Both the position numbers and the translations under genes were made by a program. The notes under the pieces are model-generated. The model was not told where the DNA came from. It saw nothing but the letters and a program-made list of their open reading frames with translations, and made no database searches. A stretch of 64,000 nucleotides of DNA, from positions 235,251-299,250 of the forward strand of contig CAVZLW010000002.1 of NCBI GenBank assembly GCA_963776285.1, given 5' to 3'. The stretch comes from an uncultured Chloroflexia bacterium. GTDB taxonomy: Bacteria; Chloroflexota; Limnocylindria; Limnocylindrales; CSP1-4. Shown here one piece after another: positions 9,562-19,375 of this stretch (the first letter of the stretch is position 1; every line of letters begins with the position of its first letter).

Positions 9562-11459
9562 CCGCGGCCTACCTCAACGAGCACTTCGTGGCCGTCAAGG
9601 TGGACCGGGAGGAGCGCCCCGACCTCGATTCCGTGTACATGGATGCGGTGCAGGCGATGACCGGCTCCGGCGGCTGGCCGATGTCGGTCTTCCTGACCCC
9701 GGACGGCCGGCCGTTCTACGGCGGCACGTACTTCCCGGGCACGCGCCGCCACGGCATGCCGTCCTTCGGGGAGGTCCTGGCGGGCGTCGTCGACGCCTGG
9801 CGCGAACGACGCCCAGAGCTCGAGGAATTGGCGAGGAGGCTGGCGACCCATGTCGGGCGCCGGGTGCGCCTGTCGGACGGCGAGACGCCATTGGACGCCG
9901 CCCTGCTGGCGACCGCTGTCGGGAACCTCGAGGCGCAGTTCGACGCGCAGACCGGGGGCTGGGGCAGCGCGCCGAAGTTCCCCCAGCCGATGGCCATCGA
10001 CTTCCTGCTGCGGCGCGCCGCAGCAGGCGACGACCGGGCGCTGCCGATCGCGCGTCGGGCGCTGGACCGGATGGCCGCGGGCGGCATCTTCGACCAGCTC
10101 GCGGGCGGCTTCGCGCGCTACGCCACCGACGCGGCCTGGCTCGTGCCGCACTTCGAGAAGATGCTCTACGACAACGCCCAGCTGGCGCGCGCCTACCTCC
10201 ACGCCTGGGCCCTGACGGGGGACGGCGGGTACCTGCGCGTGGCGATGGCGACCCTCGACTTCGTTGCTCGCGAGATGACCTTGGCCGACGGCACCTTCGC
10301 CGCCAGCCTGGACGCCGACACCGACGGCGAGGAGGGCGCCACCTACACCTGGACCGCCAGCGAGGTCCGCGACGTGCTGGGCGCGACGGGCCTGTCCGAC
10401 GCCTGGCCGCTTTACGCGGAGGCGTACGACGTGAGCGAGGCCGGCAACTGGGATGGCCGCGTCATCCTTCACCGGGTCGCCAGCGACGCCGGCCTGGCGC
10501 AGCGGCTCGGTCTCGCGCAGGAGGAGGTGGCCGGGCTCATCGAGCGGGCCCACGCCGCGCTGCTCGCAGCCCGCGAGAAGAGGCGCCAGCCCGCGCGCGA
10601 CGACAAGGCGCTGGCCGGCTGGAACGGCCTGATGGTGGCCGCCTGCGCCGACGCCGCGGCGCTCCTGATCCGCGACGGCGACCCGCGCCTCGCGCTGGCC
10701 GCGACCCGCTACCTGGCGCTCGGCGAGCAGGCGGGCGAGCGCCTGCTCACGGTGCTCCGGACGCCCGACGGGCGCTTTCTCCGGTCGTGGAAGGACGGCC
10801 GTGCCCGGCACGCCGGCACGCTGGCGGACCAGGCCTGCATGGCCGAGGGGCTCATCGCGCTCTACGAGGCGACCGGCGGGGAGCGGTGGTTCACGGCCGC
10901 CCGCGAGACGGTCGAGGCGATCCTGCTGCACTTCGGCGACCCGGCGGGCGGCTTCCACGACACCGCCGACGACGCGGAGCAGCTCGTTGCGCGACCACGC
11001 TCCCTGGAGGACAACGCCGTCCCGTCGGGTGGGGCGATGGCGGCCACGGTGCTCCTGCGGCTCGCCGCCCTCACCGGGGAGGGCCGCTACGTCGACGCGG
11101 CCGAGGCGGCGATCGGCGTGGTGGGCGGCGCGGTGGCGACGTATCCGACGGCGTTCGCCCAGTGGCTCTGCGCGATCGACTGGCTCGTGGGGCCCGTCGA
11201 CGAGATCGCGATCGTCGGCGATCCGGCAGACGCGCGAACGGTGCGCCTCGCGGCCGTCGCCCGCGGCTCCCCGCCCCACCTCGGGTGGCGCCCGCGACAG
11301 GTCGTCGCGATCGGCGCCGACCCTGCCGCGAGTCCGGTGCCGCTCCTCCAGGGCCGCTTCTCCATCCGTGGCAAGCCGACCGCCTTCGTCTGTCGCAGCT
11401 TTGCCTGTCGCCAGCCGGTCACGGAGCCCGAGGCGCTCGCCGCGATCCTGGCGGGCTAG
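9363..11459 (+). CDS. yyaL: YyaL/SPATA20-family thioredoxin-domain protein (DUF255 plus six-hairpin fold)
   Basis: [56 protein letters not shown]. Confidence 0.93.
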   Translation: MPANRLAGETSPYLLQHAHNPVDWYPWGPEALERARVLDRPIFLSIGYAACHWCHVMERESFEDPVTAAYLNEHFVAVKVDREERPDLDSVYMDAVQAMTGSGGWPMSVFLTPDGRPFYGGTYFPGTRRHGMPSFGEVLAGVVDAWRERRPELEELARRLATHVGRRVRLSDGETPLDAALLATAVGNLEAQFDAQTGGWGSAPKFPQPMAIDFLLRRAAAGDDRALPIARRALDRMAAGGIFDQLAGGFARYATDAAWLVPHFEKMLYDNAQLARAYLHAWALTGDGGYLRVAMATLDFVAREMTLADGTFAASLDADTDGEEGATYTWTASEVRDVLGATGLSDAWPLYAEAYDVSEAGNWDGRVILHRVASDAGLAQRLGLAQEEVAGLIERAHAALLAAREKRRQPARDDKALAGWNGLMVAACADAAALLIRDGDPRLALAATRYLALGEQAGERLLTVLRTPDGRFLRSWKDGRARHAGTLADQACMAEGLIALYEATGGERWFTAARETVEAILLHFGDPAGGFHDTADDAEQLVARPRSLEDNAVPSGGAMAATVLLRLAALTGEGRYVDAAEAAIGVVGGAVATYPTAFAQWLCAIDWLVGPVDEIAIVGDPADARTVRLAAVARGSPPHLGWRPRQVVAIGADPAASPVPLLQGRFSIRGKPTAFVCRSFACRQPVTEPEALAAILAG

Positions 11460-11631
11460 CGTGGGAGCGACCATCGCCCGGCACGGGTGGGCGCTGGCCG
11501 GCTCGCAGGTCCCGGGCTGATCGCGGGCGCGACCGGGGGGATCGCCGGCTTGGTGCCTCGCCGCGGGCTCAGTGCCCTGCCGCGGACGCCGCGCTCCACC
11601 GCCAGCACGGTGCCGTGCCCCCGGCTCGGCG

Positions 11632-13626
11632 CTACACCGCCGGCTCCAGCGCCTCCTCGAACTGGCTGCTGTAGAGCTCGTGGTAGAAGCCCCTGCGGGC
11701 CAGCAGCTCGGCGTGCGTGCCGTGCTCCACGATCGCCCCCTGGTTCATCACGAGGATGAGCTCGGCATCCCGGATCGTGGAAAGCCGGTGGGCGATCACG
11801 AAGGAGGTCCGGCCCTCCATGAGGCGCGCCATCGCCCGCTGGATGAGGACCTCGGTGCGCGTGTCGACCGAGCTCGTGGCCTCGTCGAGGATGAGGATCT
11901 CCGGGTCCGCCAGGAAGGCGCGGGCGATGGTGAGGAGCTGCTTCTCGCCGGCCGAGACGCTGGTCGCGTCGTCGTCGAGGATCGTGTCGTAGCCGTCCGG
12001 CAGCGTCCGCACGAAGTGGTCGACGTGGGCCGCGCGGGCCGCGTCGAGGATCTCCTCCTCCGTCGCCCCCTCGCGGCCGTAGGCGATGTTCTCGCGGATG
12101 CTGCCGTGGAACAGCCAGGCGTCCTGGAGCACCATCCCGAACGTTCGCCGGAGGTGGTCGCGGCTCATCTCGCGGGTGTCCATCCCGTCGATCGTGATGC
12201 GGCCGGCGTCGATCTCGTAGAAGCGCATGAGGAGGTTGACGAGCGTCGTCTTGCCGGCGCCGGTCGGGCCCACGATGGCGACGGTGTGGCCGGGCTCCGC
12301 GAGGAGGCTGAGGTCGTCGATGAGCGGCGTCTCGGGCAGGTACCGGAAGCTGACGTCCTCGAAGGCGACCCGGCCGGCGACATGGGCGAGCTCCTGCGGA
12401 GCGGTCGCTTCGGGGACCTGCTCGGGCTCGTCGAGAAGCTCGAAGACCCGCTCCGCCGAGGCCGCCGCCGACTGCAGGACGTTGGCGATGCTCGCCACCT
12501 GGATGATCGGCATCGTGAACTGGCGCGAATACTGGATGAAGGCCTGGACGTCGCCCAGGGACATCGTGCCGGACGCCACGCCGACGCCGCCGATGACGCA
12601 GATCGCCACGTAGTTGAGGTTCGAGATGACGTTCATCGCCGGCTGGATGGTCCCGGAGATGAACTGGGCCCGGTAGGAGGCCTGGAAGAGCGCCTCGTTC
12701 TCGACGCGGAACGCCTCGATGGCCTCGCCCTGGCGCCCGAACGCCTTGACGATGGCGTGCCCGGTGTGCATCTCCTCGATGTGGCCGTTGAGCGTCCCGG
12801 TCCGCTCCCACTGGGCCGCGAACTGCTTCTGGGAGCGCCGCGCGATGAGCATCGTGACGACGACCGAGACCGGGACGACCAGCAGGGAGATCACCGCCAG
12901 AAGCGGGCTGATCGAGAACATCATGATCAGCACGCCGACCACGGTGAAGACCGAGGTGATCAGCTGGGTCAGGCTCTGCTGGAGCGTCTGGGCGATGTTG
13001 TCGATGTCGTTGGTGACCCGGCTCAGGATGTCGCCGCGCGATTCCCGGTCGAAGTAGGCCAGCGGCAGGTGCCCCAGCTTCTGGTCGACCCGCCGTCGCA
13101 GCCGGTAGACGGTGCGCTGGGTGACGCCGGCCATGATGTAGCCCTGGGCCCAGCTGAACAGGGAGCTGACCACGTAGAGCACGGCCACGAAGGCCAGGAT
13201 CTGGCCCAGGGCCGCGAAGTCGATGCCCTGGCCGGGCACCACGTTGGTCATGCTCGCCAGCATGTCCGCGAGGTTGGTCTGGCCCGACGCCCGCAGGCCC
13301 GCGACGGCCTGCTCCTGGGTGATGCCCGGCGGGATCTGCTTGCCGACGACGCCCTCGAAGATGATGTTCGTGGCGGTCCCCAGGATCTTGGGGGAGACGA
13401 TCGCGAACAGGACGCTGATGATCGCGAAGACCATCACGAGGGCGACCAGCCAGCGCTCCGGCCCGAGCTCGCCGAGCAGGCGGCCGAACGACTGGCGGAA
13501 GTTCTTCGACTTGGCGGCCGGCATCGAGGCGAAGCCCATCGGGCCCCCGCCGCCGGGGCCACCCGGCCCGCGACGCATGGGCGGCCGGCCGCCCGGTGCG
13601 CCGTGGCCCATGCCCGGTCCGCTCAC
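11632..13626 (-). CDS. Heterodimeric ABC exporter, TMD-NBD subunit (TM288-like)
   Basis: Transmembrane domain, then GPTGAGKTT, degenerate signature VSAGEKQLL, LILDEATS and IAHRL. Confidence 0.93.
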   Translation of the reverse strand: MSGPGMGHGAPGGRPPMRRGPGGPGGGGPMGFASMPAAKSKNFRQSFGRLLGELGPERWLVALVMVFAIISVLFAIVSPKILGTATNIIFEGVVGKQIPPGITQEQAVAGLRASGQTNLADMLASMTNVVPGQGIDFAALGQILAFVAVLYVVSSLFSWAQGYIMAGVTQRTVYRLRRRVDQKLGHLPLAYFDRESRGDILSRVTNDIDNIAQTLQQSLTQLITSVFTVVGVLIMMFSISPLLAVISLLVVPVSVVVTMLIARRSQKQFAAQWERTGTLNGHIEEMHTGHAIVKAFGRQGEAIEAFRVENEALFQASYRAQFISGTIQPAMNVISNLNYVAICVIGGVGVASGTMSLGDVQAFIQYSRQFTMPIIQVASIANVLQSAAASAERVFELLDEPEQVPEATAPQELAHVAGRVAFEDVSFRYLPETPLIDDLSLLAEPGHTVAIVGPTGAGKTTLVNLLMRFYEIDAGRITIDGMDTREMSRDHLRRTFGMVLQDAWLFHGSIRENIAYGREGATEEEILDAARAAHVDHFVRTLPDGYDTILDDDATSVSAGEKQLLTIARAFLADPEILILDEATSSVDTRTEVLIQRAMARLMEGRTSFVIAHRLSTIRDAELILVMNQGAIVEHGTHAELLARRGFYHELYSSQFEEALEPAV

Positions 13627-15350
13627 GCGACCTCCTCCTCGCTGAGCTGCGAGAGGACGATCTCGCGGTAGGTGTCGCAGGTCCGCATGAGCTCGTCGTG
13701 CGTGCCGATCCCGGCAACGCCGCCGTCCTCCAGGACGACGATCTTGTCGGCGTGCAGGATGGTGCCGACGCGCTGGGCCACGATGATCACGGTCGCGTCG
13801 GCAAGCTCGCGGTCGATTGCCGCGCGCAGCCGGGCGTCGGTCCGGAAGTCGAGGGCGGAGAAGCTGTCGTCGAAGACGTAGATCTCCGGCCGCTTGACGA
13901 GCGCCCGGGCGATCGCGAGGCGCTGGCGCTGCCCGCCCGACACGTTGCTGCCGCCCTGCGTGATGTGTGCCTCGAGGCCCTCCGGCATCGCCTCCACGAA
14001 GTCGCGGCCCTGCGCGATGTCGAGTGCCTGCCAGAGGTCCGCGTCGGTCGCCGACTCGTCGCCGTAGCGGAGGTTGCTGGCGATCGTGCCGACGAAGAGG
14101 AAGGCGCGCTGGGGGATCAGGCCGATCCGGCTCCAGAGGTCCGCCCGGTCCAGCTCCCGCACGTCGACCCCGTCCACGAGGACCGTGCCGCGGGTCACGT
14201 CGTAGAACCGCGGCAGGAGGTTCACGAGGGTGGACTTGCCGCTGCCCGTGCTGCCCACGATGGCGGTCGTCTCCCCGTGCTCGGCCGTGAAGGAGATGCC
14301 GCGCAGGACCGGATCCTCGGCGCCCGGGTAGCGGAACTCCACGTCCCGGAACTCGACCGTGCCGGCCCGCGCCGGGCTGACGGGCGCCACCGGGTCGTGG
14401 ATCGACGGCTCCGTCGCGAGCACCTCCGCGATCCGGTCGCTCGAGACCGCCGCGCGGGGGACGATCACGAACATGAAGGTCGCCATCATGATGGCGAACA
14501 GGATCTGGATCACGTACTGCAGGAAGGCGGTCAGGTTCCCGATCGACATCCCGCCGCTGTCGACGCGGAACGCCCCGAACCAGAGAACCACCACCGTGGT
14601 CAGGTTCATGATCAGCATCAGGGCCGGCATCATGATCGCGAAGAGCCGGTTCACCGACAGCGCCGTGGCGAAGAGGTCGCGGTTCGCCTCGTCGAAGCGC
14701 CGCTCCTCGTAGTCCGTGCGGACGAAGGCGCGGATCACGCGGACGCCGGCCAGCGTCTCGCGCGTCACCTGGTTGATCCGGTCGATCTTCTTCTGCATCG
14801 CCCGGAACATGGGCAGGGCGCGCCGGACGAGCGACCCGATGATGACGGCCATGATCGGGACGATCACCAGGAGGACCGCCGTCAGGGGGATGTCCTGGCG
14901 GAGCGCCATGATGATGCCGCCGACCATCATGATCGGGGCGGTCACCATCACCGTGAGGCCCATCAGGACGACCATCTGGACCTGCTGGACGTCGTTCGTG
15001 TTGCGGGTGATCAGCGACGCCGTGCCGAAGTGGTTGACCTCGACCTGGGAGAACGACTCGACGGAGTCGAAGATGGCGCCCCGGACATCCCGCCCGAAGG
15101 ACATGGAGACCTTGGCGGCCCAGTAGACCGCGATGATGGAGACGATCCCCAGGACGACGGTCACCCCGAGCATGATGCCGCCCGTGCGCAGGATGTAGTC
15201 GGTGTCGCCCTTCGCCACCCCGTTGTTGATGATGTCGGCGTTGAGCTCCGGCAGGTACAGGTTGGCGAGGGACTGCACCAGGAGAAGCGCGACCACGAGC
15301 GCGAGCGGCCCCCGGTAGGGCCGCAGGTAGGTCGCCAGGAGGCGGATCAT
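13623..15350 (-). CDS. Heterodimeric ABC exporter, TMD-NBD subunit (TM287-like)
   Basis: MIRLLATYLRPY start overlaps the marR stop. GSTGSGKST, SGGQRQR, degenerate Walker B FDDSFSALD and switch VAQR. Confidence 0.93.
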   Translation of the reverse strand: MIRLLATYLRPYRGPLALVVALLLVQSLANLYLPELNADIINNGVAKGDTDYILRTGGIMLGVTVVLGIVSIIAVYWAAKVSMSFGRDVRGAIFDSVESFSQVEVNHFGTASLITRNTNDVQQVQMVVLMGLTVMVTAPIMMVGGIIMALRQDIPLTAVLLVIVPIMAVIIGSLVRRALPMFRAMQKKIDRINQVTRETLAGVRVIRAFVRTDYEERRFDEANRDLFATALSVNRLFAIMMPALMLIMNLTTVVVLWFGAFRVDSGGMSIGNLTAFLQYVIQILFAIMMATFMFVIVPRAAVSSDRIAEVLATEPSIHDPVAPVSPARAGTVEFRDVEFRYPGAEDPVLRGISFTAEHGETTAIVGSTGSGKSTLVNLLPRFYDVTRGTVLVDGVDVRELDRADLWSRIGLIPQRAFLFVGTIASNLRYGDESATDADLWQALDIAQGRDFVEAMPEGLEAHITQGGSNVSGGQRQRLAIARALVKRPEIYVFDDSFSALDFRTDARLRAAIDRELADATVIIVAQRVGTILHADKIVVLEDGGVAGIGTHDELMRTCDTYREIVLSQLSEEEVA

Positions 15351-15889
15351 CGGGCGGTCGCGGTGGCCGCGGCTGGTTCGGAGTCGCCCGGCGCCGCCCG
15401 GGTCGGCTCGTCGAGCGCGGCGGCCATCCGGTCTGCCAGCTCGCCGAGAAGCCGGGCGAGGTGATCCCGGTCCGCCTCGGGCATGCTGTCGAGGACCCAT
15501 CCGATGCGGCTCGCGAGGAGCGCCCGGAGCTCGCGACCCAGCTGGAGACCGGAGGGAGTGATGCTGACCCGGGTGATCCGCTGGTCGTCGGGGTCGGGCT
15601 CGCGGACGATGGTTCCCGCGCGCTCCATCCGCTTGAGGATCGCGGTCACGGTCGGCGCCGAGAGGTGAAGGAGATCGCCGATCTCGCGCTGCGTCGACCC
15701 GTCGTGGGTCGCGACGATCTGCAGGCACCTGGCCTGGCTGGGCGGCGTATTCCGCTCGCCGGCCGCCCGCAGCATCAGCTGGCGGTGGAGCTGCATGGCC
15801 CGTCGGAGCTCGCCGAAGACGTGGGCGGCGTGCGGCTCCAGCCCCTCGATGTCGAAGGACCGGGCGGGGTCGGGCGTCGGGATGGCCAT
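15347..15889 (-). CDS. MarR-family transcriptional regulator
   Basis: Winged HTH: TQREIGDLLHLSAPTVTAILKRMERAG.IVREPDPDDQR...V.IT..G. Confidence 0.92.
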   Translation of the reverse strand: MAIPTPDPARSFDIEGLEPHAAHVFGELRRAMQLHRQLMLRAAGERNTPPSQARCLQIVATHDGSTQREIGDLLHLSAPTVTAILKRMERAGTIVREPDPDDQRITRVSITPSGLQLGRELRALLASRIGWVLDSMPEADRDHLARLLGELADRMAAALDEPTRAAPGDSEPAAATATAR

Positions 15890-15900
15890 CGCGAGGACGA

Positions 15901-15946
15901 ACGTTAGCACGCAAACGGTTCGTCCGCAAACGGTTTGCCGCCGAAC
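15901..15946. promoter_or_regulatory. Three tandem 14-bp palindromic boxes (probable MarR operator) overlapping the marR promoter
   Basis: GTTAGCACGCAAAC 15903-15916, GTTCGTCCGCAAAC 15918-15931, GTTTGCCGCCGAAC 15933-15946. Minus-strand extended -10 TGcTAACGT ends at 15901. Confidence 0.75.
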
Positions 15947-15967
15947 CGTCGCGGGCGGGCCGGGGCG

Positions 15968-16156
15968 TCAGGCGGGAGGCGGCTTGCCCTCGTCGCCCTT
16001 GGCCATCTCGTCCTGGATGTCGCTGACCTCCTTGCGCGTTGCCTTGACCCCGCGTCCGAGCGTCTCGCCCCACTTCGGCAGGATCTTCGGCCCGCGCCAG
16101 ATGAGGACCACGATCAGGACCACGATCAGGACGACGATGAAGTCGAGGCCGAACAT
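15968..16156 (-). CDS. tatA: Twin-arginine translocase TatA/TatE subunit
   Basis: 62 aa: TM helix, GPKILP hinge, amphipathic helix GETLGRGVKA.RK, charged tail. Confidence 0.8.
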   Translation of the reverse strand: MFGLDFIVVLIVVLIVVLIWRGPKILPKWGETLGRGVKATRKEVSDIQDEMAKGDEGKPPPA

Positions 16157-16394
16157 GGCCCCATCGTAGCCGACGACCGGCGCGCCGGCTCACGCGCGCG
16201 ACGCCCCGGAGAGCACGGCCCGGCCGCGGCGAGCGAGACGACCCGCCGGGCGGGCGCCCGCGGCCAAGACCACCGGCCAATCGGGTGCCCGGAACGGGCC
16301 GCTGGACCCTCGCCACGACGGGGCGATCGGCGGACGATCCCCGGATCGGCCAGCCCGGCACCGACCGGTGCGGCCGGCGAGCGAGGATGGCGCC

Positions 16395-17588
16395 ATGGCG
16401 ACCGAGTCGCACCGACGGCTGACAATCGGCTTCCCCAGGATGCACAAGGAGCCCGGCGAGCGTCGCGACTTCCTGCCACCGCTCGTCGGCCTCCTGGCAG
16501 CCCGCGGCGCCGAGGTCTACGTGGAGTCCGGGATCGGGTCGGGGATGGGCTACTCCGACGTCGACTACACGGCCCTGTCGCCGGACGTCCACGCGACCGA
16601 CGAGGAGACGGCCTACCGGCAGGATCTCGTGGTCGTGCTCCGTTCGCCGGATGGGCGCTTCGAGAAGCTTCGACCCGGCGCCATCCTGGTCTCGATGCTC
16701 CACTTCCCGACCCGGCCGGCGCGGGTCCGGCTGCTCCGCGACCTCGGGATCGAGGCGATCGCCCTGGACATGATTGCCAGTGACGAGGGCCGGCGCCTCG
16801 TGGAGAACCTGCGGAGCGTCGCCTGGAACGGTGTCGCCGCCGCGTTCGGGGCGCTGGAGCGAGGCTGGCCCGAGCTGGTCCACGCCGAGCGCGATCCCGT
16901 GCGCGTCACGATCATGGGGGCCGGGCAGGTTGGCAAGCACGCCGTCGAGTTCGCCACGAAGTACGGCGACGACGCCCGCAACGAGAGCTTCATGCGGCTG
17001 GGCCTCCCCGGCGTCGAGGTGGTGACGACGGGTCGCAACCTGACTCGCGATGCAGCCTACCTGCGGCGACGCCTGGCCGTGACCGACATCCTGGTCGACG
17101 CGACGCAGCGCCACGACCCCGCGGTCCCGCTCGTCCCGAACGCATGGATCGGCCTGATGCCGAAGCATGCCGTGATCTGCGACCTGGTGGTCGACCCGTA
17201 CCTGCTCGACAACGACCCACGGGTCGTCCGCGGCATCGAGGGGATCCCGCAGGGGACCCTCGACCAGTGGCAGTTCGAACCGGAGGACCCCGCGTGGGAC
17301 TCCCTGCCGCCCGGCATCCCCACCGCCGAGCGGCGCACGGTCGTCTCCTGCTACTCGTGGCCCGGGGTGAGGCCCGAGCCGTGCATGCACGTCTACGGGT
17401 CCCAGCTTGCACCGCTCCTCGAGACGCTGGTGCAGGCGGGGGGCATGGATGGGATCGGGGCTGGCGGCTCGTACCACGCCAGGGCGCTGTGGCGCGGGAG
17501 CCTGCGGGGGTGGCTGGCAGGCGAGACGGCCAGGCCCGAGGCGCCGGCCCGTCCCGCGGAGGCCCCGGTCGAGATGGCGGCGGGATAG
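16395..17588 (+). CDS. AlaDH/PNT-superfamily NAD(P)-dependent enzyme (CEOS/saccharopine dehydrogenase-like)
   Basis: TIGFP..KEPGERR..LP, VESGIGSGMGYSD.DY, Rossmann motif IMGAGQVG, AVICDLVVD. Confidence 0.7.
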   Translation: MATESHRRLTIGFPRMHKEPGERRDFLPPLVGLLAARGAEVYVESGIGSGMGYSDVDYTALSPDVHATDEETAYRQDLVVVLRSPDGRFEKLRPGAILVSMLHFPTRPARVRLLRDLGIEAIALDMIASDEGRRLVENLRSVAWNGVAAAFGALERGWPELVHAERDPVRVTIMGAGQVGKHAVEFATKYGDDARNESFMRLGLPGVEVVTTGRNLTRDAAYLRRRLAVTDILVDATQRHDPAVPLVPNAWIGLMPKHAVICDLVVDPYLLDNDPRVVRGIEGIPQGTLDQWQFEPEDPAWDSLPPGIPTAERRTVVSCYSWPGVRPEPCMHVYGSQLAPLLETLVQAGGMDGIGAGGSYHARALWRGSLRGWLAGETARPEAPARPAEAPVEMAAG

Positions 17589-17787
17589 GTCCAGGGAGGG
17601 TTCGGTCAGGGGCGCGGACCGAACCGGCCGAGAGCGGGAGGTGGCGGCCGACAGTGAGAGGAAGCGGCCGAACGGCCCGCGCGGGCGGGTCTGCCGCGAG
17701 CTACGCTCGGCAGAGCGCGTCGTCCCGCGACCCGCCCGCGCGTCCGCGAGGCGGGCGCCGGGGATGCGACGCAGAGCGGAGGCGGAC

Positions 17788-18414
17788 GTGGGCATGCGTG
17801 TGCCGGATCTCGGCGCCCTCCTGGCCGAGGCCCAGATGCGGCGGATGGCGCTCGACGCCACCGGGGCGTATTTCGTGACCGACATCGACGCGCCACACGC
17901 GGAGGATTTCGCGAAGACGCTGCTCCTGATGTCCGTCGCGCGCCGCGGACAGCACGACCAGCCGATCACGATCTACATCAACTCGGGCGGCGGCTCGGTC
18001 GGCGACGGGCTGGCGATGATGGAGATGATCAACCGCATGCGGCGCCTTCACGACGTGCGCATCAACACGGCCGTCCTGGGCTACGCCTACTCCATGGGAG
18101 CGATCGTGAGCCAGGCGGGCGACCACCGGTCGATCGGGCGCTACGGGACGCTGATGCTCCACTCCACGCACTGGATCCTGTCAGGCGAGGACGAACGGAT
18201 CTTCAAGGACTATCAGCTCCTCTCGGAGCACTACCAGCGCACCGTCGCGGAGCTGTTCGCCCGGCGAACGGGCCACCGGGACGCCGCGTGGTGGCGCCGC
18301 TTCGTGTGGTCCGGCCGGGAGCGCTTCCTGGGCCCCGACGAGTGCCTCGAGCTGGGCCTGGTCGACGAGATCCTGGAGCCGGCGTTGCTGCACGAGGCGC
18401 ATCCCTCGATCTGA
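17788..18414 (+). CDS. Divergent ClpP-family (S14) protease
   Basis: PITIYINSGGGSV..GLA, GYAYSMG (Ser), LMLH (His), ECLELGLVDEI. GTG 17788 follows GGAGG, but the start is uncertain. Confidence 0.85.
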   Translation: MGMRVPDLGALLAEAQMRRMALDATGAYFVTDIDAPHAEDFAKTLLLMSVARRGQHDQPITIYINSGGGSVGDGLAMMEMINRMRRLHDVRINTAVLGYAYSMGAIVSQAGDHRSIGRYGTLMLHSTHWILSGEDERIFKDYQLLSEHYQRTVAELFARRTGHRDAAWWRRFVWSGRERFLGPDECLELGLVDEILEPALLHEAHPSI

Positions 18415-18631
18415 CGGCGCCCGGGCGATCGCCGCCTGCCGGAGGGCCGCGCGGCTCACGGGCGCCGTCGAGGGCCGGCGCCCCGGGCTTGCGCGGCGCG
18501 GCCCGCAGGCCTCATCGTATCCGCGTCAGACGATAACTATCTGCATATGCGCATGTGGGTCGGGAAGGCCCAGGCCGACGCGTCGCCGCATCCGAAGCGG
18601 TGACGCGCAGTGGAGAGGGGAGGAAGCGTCC

Positions 18632-19204
18632 ATGAAGATCACGGATCGCGCGCACGCCGCGGCCATCGCCGTCGGGCGGGTGGTCATCGGGATCATCTAC
18701 GTCTGGGCCGGCCTCGAGAAGCTGACCCAGGGGGACGGGAAGGGCGGCGCCTTCGACGCGTCCGGGTTCCTGAAGCTCGGCACGAACGGGACGCTGGGCT
18801 GGCCGTTCGTGACCGGGACGCCCGCGGAGGGAACCGTCTTCAACCCGACCCACGACTTCTGGGTTTCGCTCGCCGGCAGCGGCCTGATGCCGCTGGTCAA
18901 CGCCCTCGTGGTCGTCGGCGAGATCGGGATCGGGATCGCGCTCATCGTCGGGCTCTTCACGCGCTTCGCCGCCGGGGCGGGCACCCTCATGATGATCTTC
19001 TTCTTCTTCGCGGCCTGGGACTTCGCCTACGGCATCGTGAACCAGCACCTGACCTACGCCGTCGTCACCTTCGGGCTCGGCGTCGTGGGCGCCGGGAACT
19101 ACTACGGCGTCGATGCGGCCATCGCGAACCGGGTGCCGCGAGGCATGCGGAGGTGGCTGCTGTCGGGTGATCTCGACGAGGACTGGAAGACCGCGTCGTC
19201 CTGA
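18632..19204 (+). CDS. DoxX/DoxD-family membrane protein
   Basis: R...G.IYVWAGLEK, GEIGIGIALIVGLFTRFAA, GAG.YYGVD. Strong GGAGG RBS. Confidence 0.85.
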   Translation: MKITDRAHAAAIAVGRVVIGIIYVWAGLEKLTQGDGKGGAFDASGFLKLGTNGTLGWPFVTGTPAEGTVFNPTHDFWVSLAGSGLMPLVNALVVVGEIGIGIALIVGLFTRFAAGAGTLMMIFFFFAAWDFAYGIVNQHLTYAVVTFGLGVVGAGNYYGVDAAIANRVPRGMRRWLLSGDLDEDWKTASS

Positions 19205-19330
19205 CCCGCCCGGATGGGCGGCCGCCGAGACGTCCAGACCTGGGCGTCGAACGCGGGGCGCCGCCGACGCCGCCGCGAGCCCCGCGGGGCTGCCCCACGG
19301 TCCCTTCGCGTCGGCGGCGCGCGCCGAACA

Positions 19331-19366
19331 GAACATCTGGTCGATTCCGGGGCCGCGCCGTATACT
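19331..19366 (+). promoter_or_regulatory. Promoter with probable Gram-positive-type LexA (SOS) box
   Basis: GAACATCTGGTC (19331-19342) is one mismatch from GAAC-N4-GTTC and covers the -35 position. -10 TATACT at 19361-19366. Confidence 0.6.
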
Positions 19367-19375
19367 CTGCGTCCC

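Noticed and set aside
15351-17969. Apparent 1448-aa giant ABC fusion
   Set aside because: The upstream part is an open shadow frame across marR, tatA and the antisense of the dehydrogenase. The real ABC gene starts at 15350, coupled to the marR stop.
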